Shown: positions 1 through 7,928 of the stretch, piece after piece
Numbering within the stretch: position 1 is the stretch's first letter
How the letters are laid out: each line of letters begins with the position of its first letter
From: Patescibacteria group bacterium
Lineage (GTDB): Bacteria; Patescibacteriota; Microgenomatia; Levybacterales; UBA12049
DNA length: 40,664 nt
Direction: 5' to 3'
Assembly (NCBI GenBank): GCA_023485715.1
Contig: JAMCZG010000030.1
Span: 1 to 40,664, forward strand
Translations under genes and position numbers: made by a program
The notes under the pieces: model-generated
Told to the model about the DNA's origin: nothing
Databases searched by the model: none
What the model saw: the letters and a program-made list of their open reading frames with translations, nothing else

Positions 1-424
1 AATTATTTTGGATTAAAACTTGATAAATCATCGAGTCTAGAATTCCATTTAAAACTCCCTTGTATCCTGCGTGGACAATTCCGATAAATTTTGAAAAAGG
101 ATCGTAAAACAGGATTGGAAGACAATCTGCGGTCGTCGCACAAAGAAAAATATTTTTTTTACTAGTCACTAATCCATCAGTTTTATCAATTACTTGTTTA
201 TTCGCATTTTTAATTATAACAACTTTTTCTCCGTGAACCTGATTCATAAAAATGGCTTGTTCTTTTCTTATTAACAATGTTTTAAAAAACTTATTTAATT
301 TTTTTTCCTCAAAATTTTTATTTTTTATCGGTCCAAATCGCTTAGTCGAAATTCCGCACACAATGTCTGGAAATTTTTGGAATGATTTAAATTTAATAAT
401 ATCAATATCCTTAAACGACAACAT
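1..424 (-). CDS. pgeF: Peptidoglycan editing factor PgeF / YfiH (DUF152 laccase-domain protein), C-terminus cut by window edge
   Basis: Not in the ORF track; hand translation from ATG at 424: MLSFKDIDIIKFKSF...IFMNQVHGEKVVII...LCATTADCLPILFYDP...IGIVHAGYKGVLNGI. It carries the family QxHG, ADCxP and HAGW/YxG motifs. It lies directly downstream of murE. Confidence 0.7.
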   Translation of the reverse strand, partial: MLSFKDIDIIKFKSFQKFPDIVCGISTKRFGPIKNKNFEEKKLNKFFKTLLIRKEQAIFMNQVHGEKVVIIKNANKQVIDKTDGLVTSKKNIFLCATTADCLPILFYDPFSKFIGIVHAGYKGVLNGILDSMIYQVLIQNN

Positions 425-478
425 TATCTGTTACTTATTTTTAGATTTTATCGCTCTGTTAACGGATGCAAATTTGTA

Positions 479-1672
479 CTAAATGCGATTTACGTTTCCG
501 TAATTCATCGATTTTTCATGGCTTTTTCCCGTTGTTATTACCATATCTCCCTTTTCTGCTATCGAAACGGCAAAATCTATCGCCTCTGACCGGTCGGGAA
601 TTTCGAAAACAATCCGTTTGTCATTTCTTTTCGGAATATAAGATCTATGATCCGTGCTTATAAATCCGTCTTTTATTCCCTCTTTAATTTCCGAAGTTAT
701 TTTATCGACCGCTTCTCCCCGTGGATCTTCTGCTGTTAAAATGATTATATCCGCATATTTCGAAGACGCCTCTCCCATCTTCGCCCGCTTACTAAAATCT
801 CTTTTTCCTGCTGCTCCAAAAACATGGATTAATCTGCTTTTTGCAAGTTTAGAAGCCTCTGGCAATACTTTAAATAAAGAATTCGGGGTATGCGCAAAAT
901 CCACCATTACTGAAAAACTATCATTATAAACAATTTCTTCGCGTCCGATAGGTGCCTTAAAAGTTTCGATCCCTTTCTTAATTTTTAAATAATTTATTCC
1001 GATCGTTTTACAGGCTGCGATCGCGGCCAAAATATTATATTTATTAAATTCTCCGATCAAATTTGATTTGAACGGAAATTCATAGGGGTTTACGTCTGAG
1101 CCTTTTGTTAGTCCGTAGGTTATCCATCTTGTGTTAGAAATTTGTGAACGTAAATTTAAAATTATCTTGTAAGATTCATCGTCTCTATTAATAACCGCAA
1201 CTTTGGCCGTCTTAAAAAGACTGGCTTTTGTTAAAACATAATTGCGGTAAGTTTTGTGGTAATCTAAATGTTCATGTGTAACGTTTGTGATTATACCGAC
1301 ATCAAAATTTATTCCGAATATACGATGTTGATCTAATGCATGGGAAGTTACTTCTAAAACCAGATAATTCTTTTTTCCTTTTTTATTTTTCAGGGCTTTT
1401 TTTAAAAATTTCTGGAGAGCAAAAGAAGATGGGGTTGTTACATGAAACCCTATATCGTACGCTTTTCCGTTTATCAAAGCCCCAACCGACGAAATCATCG
1501 ATACGTTGCACCCCGACTCTTTTAAAATATGATAGATAAGACTAACTGTTGTTGTCTTTCCGTCTGTACCGGTTACTCCGATAACGATTAATTTTCTAGA
1601 AGGAAAAAGATACCAAATGTTGGCTAAAACCGCGACAAATAAATGATAAACATTCTTAATTTTCTGCAACAT
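479..1672 (-). CDS. murE: Mur ligase, MurE-like (UDP-MurNAc-L-Ala-D-Glu:diamino acid ligase), short form lacking the usual N-terminal domain
   Basis: P-loop GVTGTDGKTTT; DFAHTPNSL (DYAHTPDAL-like); C-domain VFGAAGKRDFSKRAKMGE...LTAEDPRGE (DNPR-position motif). It sits after ftsI in the dcw order. ATG start verified. Confidence 0.65.
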   Translation of the reverse strand: MLQKIKNVYHLFVAVLANIWYLFPSRKLIVIGVTGTDGKTTTVSLIYHILKESGCNVSMISSVGALINGKAYDIGFHVTTPSSFALQKFLKKALKNKKGKKNYLVLEVTSHALDQHRIFGINFDVGIITNVTHEHLDYHKTYRNYVLTKASLFKTAKVAVINRDDESYKIILNLRSQISNTRWITYGLTKGSDVNPYEFPFKSNLIGEFNKYNILAAIAACKTIGINYLKIKKGIETFKAPIGREEIVYNDSFSVMVDFAHTPNSLFKVLPEASKLAKSRLIHVFGAAGKRDFSKRAKMGEASSKYADIIILTAEDPRGEAVDKITSEIKEGIKDGFISTDHRSYIPKRNDKRIVFEIPDRSEAIDFAVSIAEKGDMVITTGKSHEKSMNYGNVNRI

Positions 1673-1714
1673 AACCCATATTATACCTCTAATCAGACCA
1701 TTTCTCTACGGCTT

Positions 1715-3394
1715 TTATTCGCTCGGTGGAATATTATAATAAGTCAAAATATCTTTTGCGATGTCAAAAAATAGAGGAGCTGCTGTTTCAGATCCAAAAA
1801 TGGATGTTGTCGGTTTATCGATAATTACCAACATCGAAAATTTCGGATCATCTGCGGGCGCAAAACCGATAAACGAAGCTATTGTTTTGTTGGGATCATA
1901 ACGACCGGCTATCGGAATCTGAGCCGTTCCGGTTTTTCCTGCTATTCTGTAACCTTTGGGTTTTGCCCATTTTGCTTCTCCGTTATCCACAGCGTATGTC
2001 AATATTTCGGTCATAACTCTTGCTGTTTCTTCCGAAATTGCTCTACTAGATTTTTTTGGCTTAATGTTTATAATCTCTCCCGTTGATGTTTCTATTTTTG
2101 AAACAATATGTGGCTCCATTTTGATTCCCTTGTTTGCGATCGCGGAAAAACCGACCAGAAGTTCGATCGGCGTAACTGAAATTCCTTGCCCAAAACCAGC
2201 TGTTGCCAGATCGATCGGATACCAATCTTTTTCGTTTTTTACACTCGGTGCGACTTCTCCTTGTAGATCTATGCCTGTTAACTCCCCAATACCAAATTTT
2301 TTTAAATAATCGAGCAACCGATCAAGACCCAAAGATTGTACAGCAAAAACCATTCCTGTATTATCGGAGTGTTTAATTACGTCGATCATCGTCGTATCCT
2401 TATAATATTTTTCATTCCATGTTTTAATTTTATAATCATAGATTGTAACAGGGCCGCCACAAATCGGGCATTTTGTATCGGGCTTAACTACTTTGGAATC
2501 TAATGCAGCTGCCATAATTAAGGGTTTAAACGTAGATCCCGGCTCATAAATATTCGATATAAACTGATTTTTATATAAATCCTCCGAGTATTCTTGGTAA
2601 CTCGATGGGTCAAAAGATGGCCATATAGCCATTGAGATTATATTTCCGGTCTTTGGATCCATAACACCAACCATCCCCCCCTCTGCTCCGTATTTTTCTA
2701 CTGCTTGCTTAAGTTTATTTTCGACGATAAATTGGATAGCCCGATCTACGCTCAATATAATATTTCTTCCGTCGACCGATTTTGAATTTTCATTGAGCCG
2801 GGATAATATCGGCTTACCGAATGCATCGTATATTTCGCTTGAAATTCCGGGTTTGCCCTTTAGCTGGCGGTCATAATACCCTTCGAGTCCAAAATAACCT
2901 TTATCTTCTCCCAACTCATTTTTACCGACAATACCGATAATATTTGCCGCCATCGAAGCCTCGGGATAAAAACGGTTATACTCCTCTTGAAATCCAACAC
3001 CGGGCAAGGAAAGTTTTTCTAATTTTGTTTTTGTAGTTATGTCTACCTTTGATTTTATCGGCACCCAAAAACGGTCAAGCGACAAGGAAGCGCTTACAGA
3101 TGCTATTTCGAGGTCCAAAATGGATGAAAAAACGTCGATAGTTTTTTCTTTATCTTTTACTTCTTTTGGGTTAATATAAACAAGATACGCTAATTTGTTG
3201 GCTGCAATCGAAAAATCATCGCTTGTTTTTATTTCTCCCCTTTTTGGCATTAACTTAATGTACCTTCCGTATTGAGATTTCCCGAGCGTTGAAAGTTCTT
3301 CGGCTCTAACAACCTGCCAATAAAAAAGCCTAGTTAAAATTAGAAAAAACAAAAAAACAAAAAGAAAGAAGACAAACCGATATCTCCATTTCAT
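1715..3394 (-). CDS. ftsI: Class B penicillin-binding protein / peptidoglycan D,D-transpeptidase FtsI
   Basis: N-terminal TM helix. Has SxxK (STFK), SxN (SDN) and KTG (KTGTA) motifs. ATGA overlap with the upstream ftsL-like gene; dcw context. Confidence 0.85.
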   Translation of the reverse strand: MKWRYRFVFFLFVFLFFLILTRLFYWQVVRAEELSTLGKSQYGRYIKLMPKRGEIKTSDDFSIAANKLAYLVYINPKEVKDKEKTIDVFSSILDLEIASVSASLSLDRFWVPIKSKVDITTKTKLEKLSLPGVGFQEEYNRFYPEASMAANIIGIVGKNELGEDKGYFGLEGYYDRQLKGKPGISSEIYDAFGKPILSRLNENSKSVDGRNIILSVDRAIQFIVENKLKQAVEKYGAEGGMVGVMDPKTGNIISMAIWPSFDPSSYQEYSEDLYKNQFISNIYEPGSTFKPLIMAAALDSKVVKPDTKCPICGGPVTIYDYKIKTWNEKYYKDTTMIDVIKHSDNTGMVFAVQSLGLDRLLDYLKKFGIGELTGIDLQGEVAPSVKNEKDWYPIDLATAGFGQGISVTPIELLVGFSAIANKGIKMEPHIVSKIETSTGEIINIKPKKSSRAISEETARVMTEILTYAVDNGEAKWAKPKGYRIAGKTGTAQIPIAGRYDPNKTIASFIGFAPADDPKFSMLVIIDKPTTSIFGSETAAPLFFDIAKDILTYYNIPPSE

Positions 3395-3675
3395 TGTCGA
3401 ATAGCCAACGGCAGAGGATTAGTCAAAACGACCTGTGATTTTTCCTTAATAAAACCCGCTCGTAAAGCTTCAGACGAAATCACGGTATAAGAAGACTCCG
3501 ATAATAATTTTTCCCGCAACACATAATTATCTTTTTTGTAGTTATCGATTTCTTTGTTAATCTGTTCCACTAAAACACCTTTTGTCGACAAACTATTAGA
3601 AACAATAATTTGCAGCACCGATAATAATATTACGGTAAAAATCATGAATCCTATAAAATATACTGTTTTTTTCAT
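3391..3675 (-). CDS. ftsL: FtsL-like small bitopic cell-division protein
   Basis: 94 aa with one N-terminal TM helix followed by a charged coiled-coil-like segment. It occupies the canonical position between rsmH and ftsI. No strong sequence motif, so the call is positional. Confidence 0.5.
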   Translation of the reverse strand: MKKTVYFIGFMIFTVILLSVLQIIVSNSLSTKGVLVEQINKEIDNYKKDNYVLREKLLSESSYTVISSEALRAGFIKEKSQVVLTNPLPLAIRQ

Positions 3676-3678
3676 ATT

Positions 3679-4587
3679 CTAATTTTCTTTTTCAAAAACT
3701 CTTAGCTTTGCGCTTCTGCTCCTCCTGTTTATTCTTAATTCTTCTATGCCCGGTGTAATCGGCTTATTCGTAATTATCTTTCCTAGTTTTTCGTTCATAA
3801 ATTGTTCAAAACTTTTTTTTACTATTCTGTCCTCGAGCGAATGAAAAGATATTACCCCTATTCTTCCTCCCTTTCTCAAAATTTTTACTGCCTTTGGCAG
3901 GGCTTCTTCGATATTTTTTAATTCACTGTTTACTGCGATCCTTAACGCCTGAAATACTCTTTTACTGATGTCTGCCAACTTTTGACTATTAATTTCTTTT
4001 TCGATCCCGTAAGTTTTCTTTAATAAAGAAACTAAATCTTCCGTTGTTTCGATCGGATTTATTCCACGGGTCCGAACAATATCCTTAGAAATGGCGTGAG
4101 CACGATGTTCCTCACCCAATTTAGTAAAGAGCTCGTATAATTCTCCTTTATTAAGCGCCTTTAAAAGATCCGCCGCGGTTACTTGGCCCGATTTACCGGA
4201 TGTGTCCATCCGCATATCGAGTCTTCCTTTTTTTTGAAAAGAAAATCCCCGATCTTCTGATTCGATTTGGTGACTCGAGACTCCTAAATCAAAAATGATT
4301 CCGTCGACGTTTTCAAAGCTATTTAAATGTGCAATCTCATCTATATCCTTAAAGTTACCGTGAACCAATGTCAATTTTAAATTTGAAATTTGAAATTTGA
4401 AATTTTCTTCAACATATTTAATCGCTTCTTTGTCAACATCTAATCCTAAAACGATTCCTTCCCTCTTCAAAATTTCACCAGTGTGTCCCCCTCCACCCAA
4501 AGTTGCGTCAATATATTTTCCGTCTTTTTTAACCCGTAAAGACTCTATAATCTCGTTTAAAAGTACGGGCTTATGAAAATCACTCAT
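3679..4587 (-). CDS. rsmH: 16S rRNA (cytosine1402-N4)-methyltransferase RsmH/MraW
   Basis: HKPVLLNEII, DATLGGGGH and FDLGVSSHQ motifs; 8-nt overlap with mraZ. Confidence 0.9.
   Translation of the reverse strand: MSDFHKPVLLNEIIESLRVKKDGKYIDATLGGGGHTGEILKREGIVLGLDVDKEAIKYVEENFKFQISNLKLTLVHGNFKDIDEIAHLNSFENVDGIIFDLGVSSHQIESEDRGFSFQKKGRLDMRMDTSGKSGQVTAADLLKALNKGELYELFTKLGEEHRAHAISKDIVRTRGINPIETTEDLVSLLKKTYGIEKEINSQKLADISKRVFQALRIAVNSELKNIEEALPKAVKILRKGGRIGVISFHSLEDRIVKKSFEQFMNEKLGKIITNKPITPGIEELRINRRSRSAKLRVFEKEN
4379..4406. repeat. Heptanucleotide microsatellite (AAATTTG)x3 plus one degenerate unit, inside rsmH
   Basis: Plus strand 4379-4399 is three perfect AAATTTG units, followed by AAATTTT. 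A related CAATTTT unit precedes it at 4372-4378. Encodes NFKFQISNLK in frame. Confidence 0.85.
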
Positions 4588-5020
4588 TTTTCTCTCCGTT
4601 TTTGACTAGCCTTTGAGAGATCGAGTCTATATTTTTTTCAAGGTTCTGTCTGTAATCTTCCCAAATCTGTCTATCCCAGATCTCTACGTATCTGGATAAA
4701 CCTAAGAATATAACTTCGTTTTTAATCTTTGCAAAGCTTCGTAAGTAGAGAGGTATAATAAACCTTCCCTTGCGATCGAGCTCAACGTTTGTTGCCCCGC
4801 CGAGTAAAAAACGCTGTGTTTCGCGCGCCTCTGATTGAATAAAAGGCTTTCCTTCTGTCCCTTCGAGGAGCGCTTTCCAGTTTTCTTCTGATACGACGAT
4901 GAGTGAATTTTCATATCCAAAAGTTATTATTAATTTTTCACCGAGTATTTCTCTAAATTTTTTCGGAAAAGCGATTCTTCCTTTTGCTCCGACTTTTCCA
5001 TCATATTGTCCGATCAACAT
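4580..5020 (-). CDS. mraZ: Transcriptional regulator MraZ
   Basis: Duplicated DxxxR-type motifs (GAKGRIAFPKKFR and DRKGRFIIPLYLR). ATG at 5020 is preceded by AGGAGG (5028-5033) with a 7-nt spacer. The longer track ORF starting at 5131 would run through the promoter and operator. Confidence 0.9.
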   Translation of the reverse strand: MLIGQYDGKVGAKGRIAFPKKFREILGEKLIITFGYENSLIVVSEENWKALLEGTEGKPFIQSEARETQRFLLGGATNVELDRKGRFIIPLYLRSFAKIKNEVIFLGLSRYVEIWDRQIWEDYRQNLEKNIDSISQRLVKNGEKNE

Positions 5021-5036
5021 ATTCCTGCCTCCTGGT

Positions 5037-5073
5037 CCACTTTTTCCCACTTTGGACCACTTTAATCCATTTT
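5037..5073 (-). promoter_or_regulatory. MraZ-box array: 3 perfect AAAGTGG heptamers plus 1 degenerate AAAATGG on exact 10-bp spacing
   Basis: Minus strand reads AAAATGGatt AAAGTGGtcc AAAGTGGgaa AAAGTGGacc, then AGGAGG. Plus-strand CCACTTT at 5037-5043, 5047-5053 and 5057-5063; CCATTTT at 5067-5073. Confidence 0.6.
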
Positions 5074-5097
5074 GAGATATTTTTCGTGCCTTGTCAA
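5069..5097 (-). promoter_or_regulatory. Putative sigma70-type promoter of the mraZ/dcw operon
   Basis: Perfect -35 TTGACA (5092-5097), 17-nt spacer, -10 CAAAAT (5069-5074). Located immediately upstream of the MraZ boxes. Confidence 0.5.
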
Positions 5098-5173
5098 TAG
5101 GGAAAAAGACCAGAATAGTGTGACATACCAATAAAAAACACTAAATAGAAAATTGAGGTAAAATTCTCGAGGA

Positions 5174-5641
5174 TTACTCTACGCTTTGTTCCGCCTGATA
5201 AATATTTCCATCCGCTTTTGTGATTTTAAGAAGAATTTTTATATCTGTTACTCCTTGGTCGTAATGACACACATCAGAACACGTACCAAGTTTTATTTCT
5301 TTGTTTATTACCGAATCTGAGGGTGTTACCTCAACATGTCCGATTGCCCCCCTGGAAACTTTTTCTCCTTTTACCATCGCAAAATATGTTAATTCGTAAT
5401 CGATAGTACTTATTCCCTCAAGTTTTGTAAGCTTCATATAAACGACAGTTTCATCAGGGGATAAAGTTAAGCTCAAACCTAATTCTGACGGATCTATCGT
5501 CGGAACAACCATTTCTGTTGTCAGCGCAGTCGAGTTTTCCGAGGTATTTGGCTTTGATTTACTTCCAATAAAATAATAATATCCCCCTCCTATGACTAAA
5601 ATAATTACAACTATTAGAATAACAATTATTTTTTTATTCAT
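5174..5641 (-). CDS. Hypothetical membrane-anchored protein (N-terminal TM, beta-rich exported domain)
   Basis: 155-aa ORF with ATG start and a hydrophobic N-terminus (IIVILIVVIILVIGGG). It has an 8-nt overlap with the upstream ORF. No recognisable family. Confidence 0.55.
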   Translation of the reverse strand: MNKKIIVILIVVIILVIGGGYYYFIGSKSKPNTSENSTALTTEMVVPTIDPSELGLSLTLSPDETVVYMKLTKLEGISTIDYELTYFAMVKGEKVSRGAIGHVEVTPSDSVINKEIKLGTCSDVCHYDQGVTDIKILLKITKADGNIYQAEQSVE

Positions 5642-6011
5642 TTAATTTCCTATCTCCTGCTCTTGTAAAAAATTCTCCTTCCTTAAGTAAAAAAGTCTCT
5701 CCAAGGTAAATCAAACGCCCTTTTGCCCCAACCTTAACAAGCCTTTCTATCATTTCATCCTTCGAAAAAAGAACTTTACCGTCTTTAATTCCAATATTTC
5801 CGTCTATATGGGATCCCATCCAATCAATTGGCCCATTTTGAGTCGGGAAACGGTCACGAACATAACTACTTCCCGCTAAACTCATCTCAAACTCATGGAT
5901 TTCGCCATCGTTCTTTTCTCCGGCCGAAACTAATTTTTTTGCCCCAGAAACCATTTCTGGTTTTTTAGCCGGTTTAACAATTGATCTTAAAAATTCTTTA
6001 ACACCCGGCAT
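5634..6011 (-). CDS. Hypothetical soluble protein
   Basis: The track ORF starts at a TTG (6047). The first ATG is at 6011 (MPGVKEFLRS...). No family recognised. It overlaps the downstream gene by 8 nt, suggesting coupling. Confidence 0.45.
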   Translation of the reverse strand: MPGVKEFLRSIVKPAKKPEMVSGAKKLVSAGEKNDGEIHEFEMSLAGSSYVRDRFPTQNGPIDWMGSHIDGNIGIKDGKVLFSKDEMIERLVKVGAKGRLIYLGETFLLKEGEFFTRAGDRKLNE

Positions 6012-6048
6012 AAAAAAAATCTTAACAAATAATAGATATTCTTGCAAG

Positions 6049-7332
6049 TTATTTAAGGGACTTGCTGAAATAATCTATTAGATCTTCAATTTTCACTCTT
6101 TCCTGTTTTGCCGTATCCCTGTCTCTGACAGTTACGGTTTTATCTTCCAGGCTCTGAAAGTCCACTGTTACGCAAAACGGGGTGCCGATTTCGTCCTGGG
6201 CAAAATAGCGTTTTCCGATATTTCCTCTGTCATCAAACATTATAAGACCATCAACGCCTTTTTTTATTTCTTCGTGAATTTTTTTTGCTAAGTTTATTAA
6301 CTCGGGTTTATTCGAAAGAAGAGGAAAAACCGCGACTTTAACGGGTGCGAGTCTCGGGTGAAGTTTTAAAACAATCCTTTTTTCTTCTTCGAAATAAGAA
6401 TCTATTAGGAAAAATAACGCTGCGCGGTCGACCCCCCCCGATGTTTCGATCACCCATGGTACATACTCCTCCCCTGTCTCTGTATCTTTATATGTAAGGC
6501 GATGGTTTTTTAGATCGAAATCGCCTCTGTGATGGATTCCCTCAAACTCGCTCCAGCCAAACGGCGCGCTATATTCGATATCTTCGGCAAATCTCGCGTA
6601 ATGCGCGCGATCTTTTGGATCGTGCTCCTTAAACCGTAAATTGTCTTTTCTCATCCCTAAACTTAAATACCATCCGAGTCTTTTGTCCTTCCAATAATTA
6701 AACGTTTCATGGCCTTTGTCTTCGTCGGGTTTTATAAAATATTCAAGCTCCATTTGCTCGAACTCTCTACTTCGAAAGTTTAGGTTACCGGGTGTTATTT
6801 CGTTTCTGAATGCTTTTCCGATTTGCGCGATGCCAAAGGGGATTTTAATACGTGTCGAATCGACAACATTCCCAAAATTTACAAAAACTCCCTGAGTTAT
6901 TTCCCCGCGTAAATAAGCTCTTTTCTTTTCTTCCTCAGTTGTGCCGATATATACTTCGGTCAATAAATTAAATTTTTTGGGAGATGTAAATTCTCCGCCG
7001 CAATCCGGACATTTATTTCCTTCTACTTTGTCTGCCCTAAACCTGTGATGGCATTTTTTACATTCAACTAACGGATCTGTAAACGCCGTTACGTGACCTG
7101 AAGTTTCCCAAACTTTCGGGTTCATTATTATCGCGGCATCTAGCCCCACCACATCGTCCCGGTCGTAAACCATGCTTTTCCACCACTGTTTTTTAATATT
7201 ATTTTTGAGCTCTACCCCTAAGGGTCCGAAATCCCAAAATCCGCCAAAACCCCCGTAAATTTCTGATCCCTGAAAAATAAAACCGCGCCTTTTACAAAGC
7301 GCAGTAATCTTATCCATTTTCCCCATGTCCAT
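6049..7332 (-). CDS. glyQS: Glycine--tRNA ligase (dimeric class II GlyQS type)
   Basis: KRRGFIFQGSEIYGG...WDFGPLG and FRNEITPGNLNFRSREFEQMELEYF (motif 2), plus the CxxC...CxxC insertion typical of this family. Confidence 0.9.
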   Translation of the reverse strand: MDMGKMDKITALCKRRGFIFQGSEIYGGFGGFWDFGPLGVELKNNIKKQWWKSMVYDRDDVVGLDAAIIMNPKVWETSGHVTAFTDPLVECKKCHHRFRADKVEGNKCPDCGGEFTSPKKFNLLTEVYIGTTEEEKKRAYLRGEITQGVFVNFGNVVDSTRIKIPFGIAQIGKAFRNEITPGNLNFRSREFEQMELEYFIKPDEDKGHETFNYWKDKRLGWYLSLGMRKDNLRFKEHDPKDRAHYARFAEDIEYSAPFGWSEFEGIHHRGDFDLKNHRLTYKDTETGEEYVPWVIETSGGVDRAALFFLIDSYFEEEKRIVLKLHPRLAPVKVAVFPLLSNKPELINLAKKIHEEIKKGVDGLIMFDDRGNIGKRYFAQDEIGTPFCVTVDFQSLEDKTVTVRDRDTAKQERVKIEDLIDYFSKSLK

Positions 7333-7370
7333 ACTCGTATAATAGCAGAATTTAAAAGATTGATAAAGTC

Positions 7371-7919
7371 TTAGTCATTTAAAAAACGCGAGATTATTTT
7401 TTTAGACCTAAGTCTTTTTTCCAAAACCTGCTCTATAAGTAAAGATGTGTTTAAATTATTGCAGTCTTTTTTGGGAGGATAAAATCCTAAATTCTTTAAA
7501 AGATCCGTTTCGAATTTGTGGATAACCGGAATAATATCGTCTGTGTCCGATAATTCAATTAATATTTCTTTAAGAAGATAAAACACTGTTTTGTTTTCCT
7601 GGTTTTCAGCGCATAAACCATCGACCAACTCACAGATATGATAAGCAAATCCGATTTTTAATAAACTTTCTTTTATCATCGAAAAGTCTTCGGAGATATC
7701 TATTTCGGTCAAAATGGGCAAACTTCGACCTTTATACAAAGAAAAATGACAATAATTTAATAATTCTGTGTGGGGGGAACGACGACTGGTGATTCTTCTT
7801 ACCCCGATAGCTTTTATCTGGATTTTCCCATATTTTTTTGTGAAGACTGTCAATATCCTGTCGGCCTCGCCAAAATTTCGTCTTTTAATGATTATTCCTT
7901 CGGTCTTGTACGCCCGCAT
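7371..7919 (-). CDS. recO: DNA repair protein RecO (short form)
   Basis: N-terminal OB-fold signature EGIIIKRRNFGEADRILTVFTKKYGKIQIKAIGVRR. At 182 aa it is shorter than typical RecO. Confidence 0.7.
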   Translation of the reverse strand: MRAYKTEGIIIKRRNFGEADRILTVFTKKYGKIQIKAIGVRRITSRRSPHTELLNYCHFSLYKGRSLPILTEIDISEDFSMIKESLLKIGFAYHICELVDGLCAENQENKTVFYLLKEILIELSDTDDIIPVIHKFETDLLKNLGFYPPKKDCNNLNTSLLIEQVLEKRLRSKKIISRFLND

Positions 7920-7928
7920 ATGGAGAGC

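Noticed and set aside
4580-5131. Extended 183-aa MraZ ORF starting at 5131
   Set aside because: The extra 37 residues would be translated from the promoter and operator region. The ATG at 5020 has an AGGAGG SD at ideal spacing and gives the standard ~146-aa MraZ.
6950-7080. CxxC...CxxC zinc-ribbon-like insertion in GlyRS (CKKCHHRFRAD...CPDCGG)
   Set aside because: This is a normal feature of dimeric bacterial and archaeal-type GlyRS, not an insertion element or a novel domain.
7333-7370. Possible promoter (TTTATC-17-TATTAT) just upstream of the glyQS ATG
   Set aside because: The -35 is weak and the gap after recO is only 38 nt. AT-rich background makes such a hexamer match unconvincing, and co-transcription with recO is equally likely.
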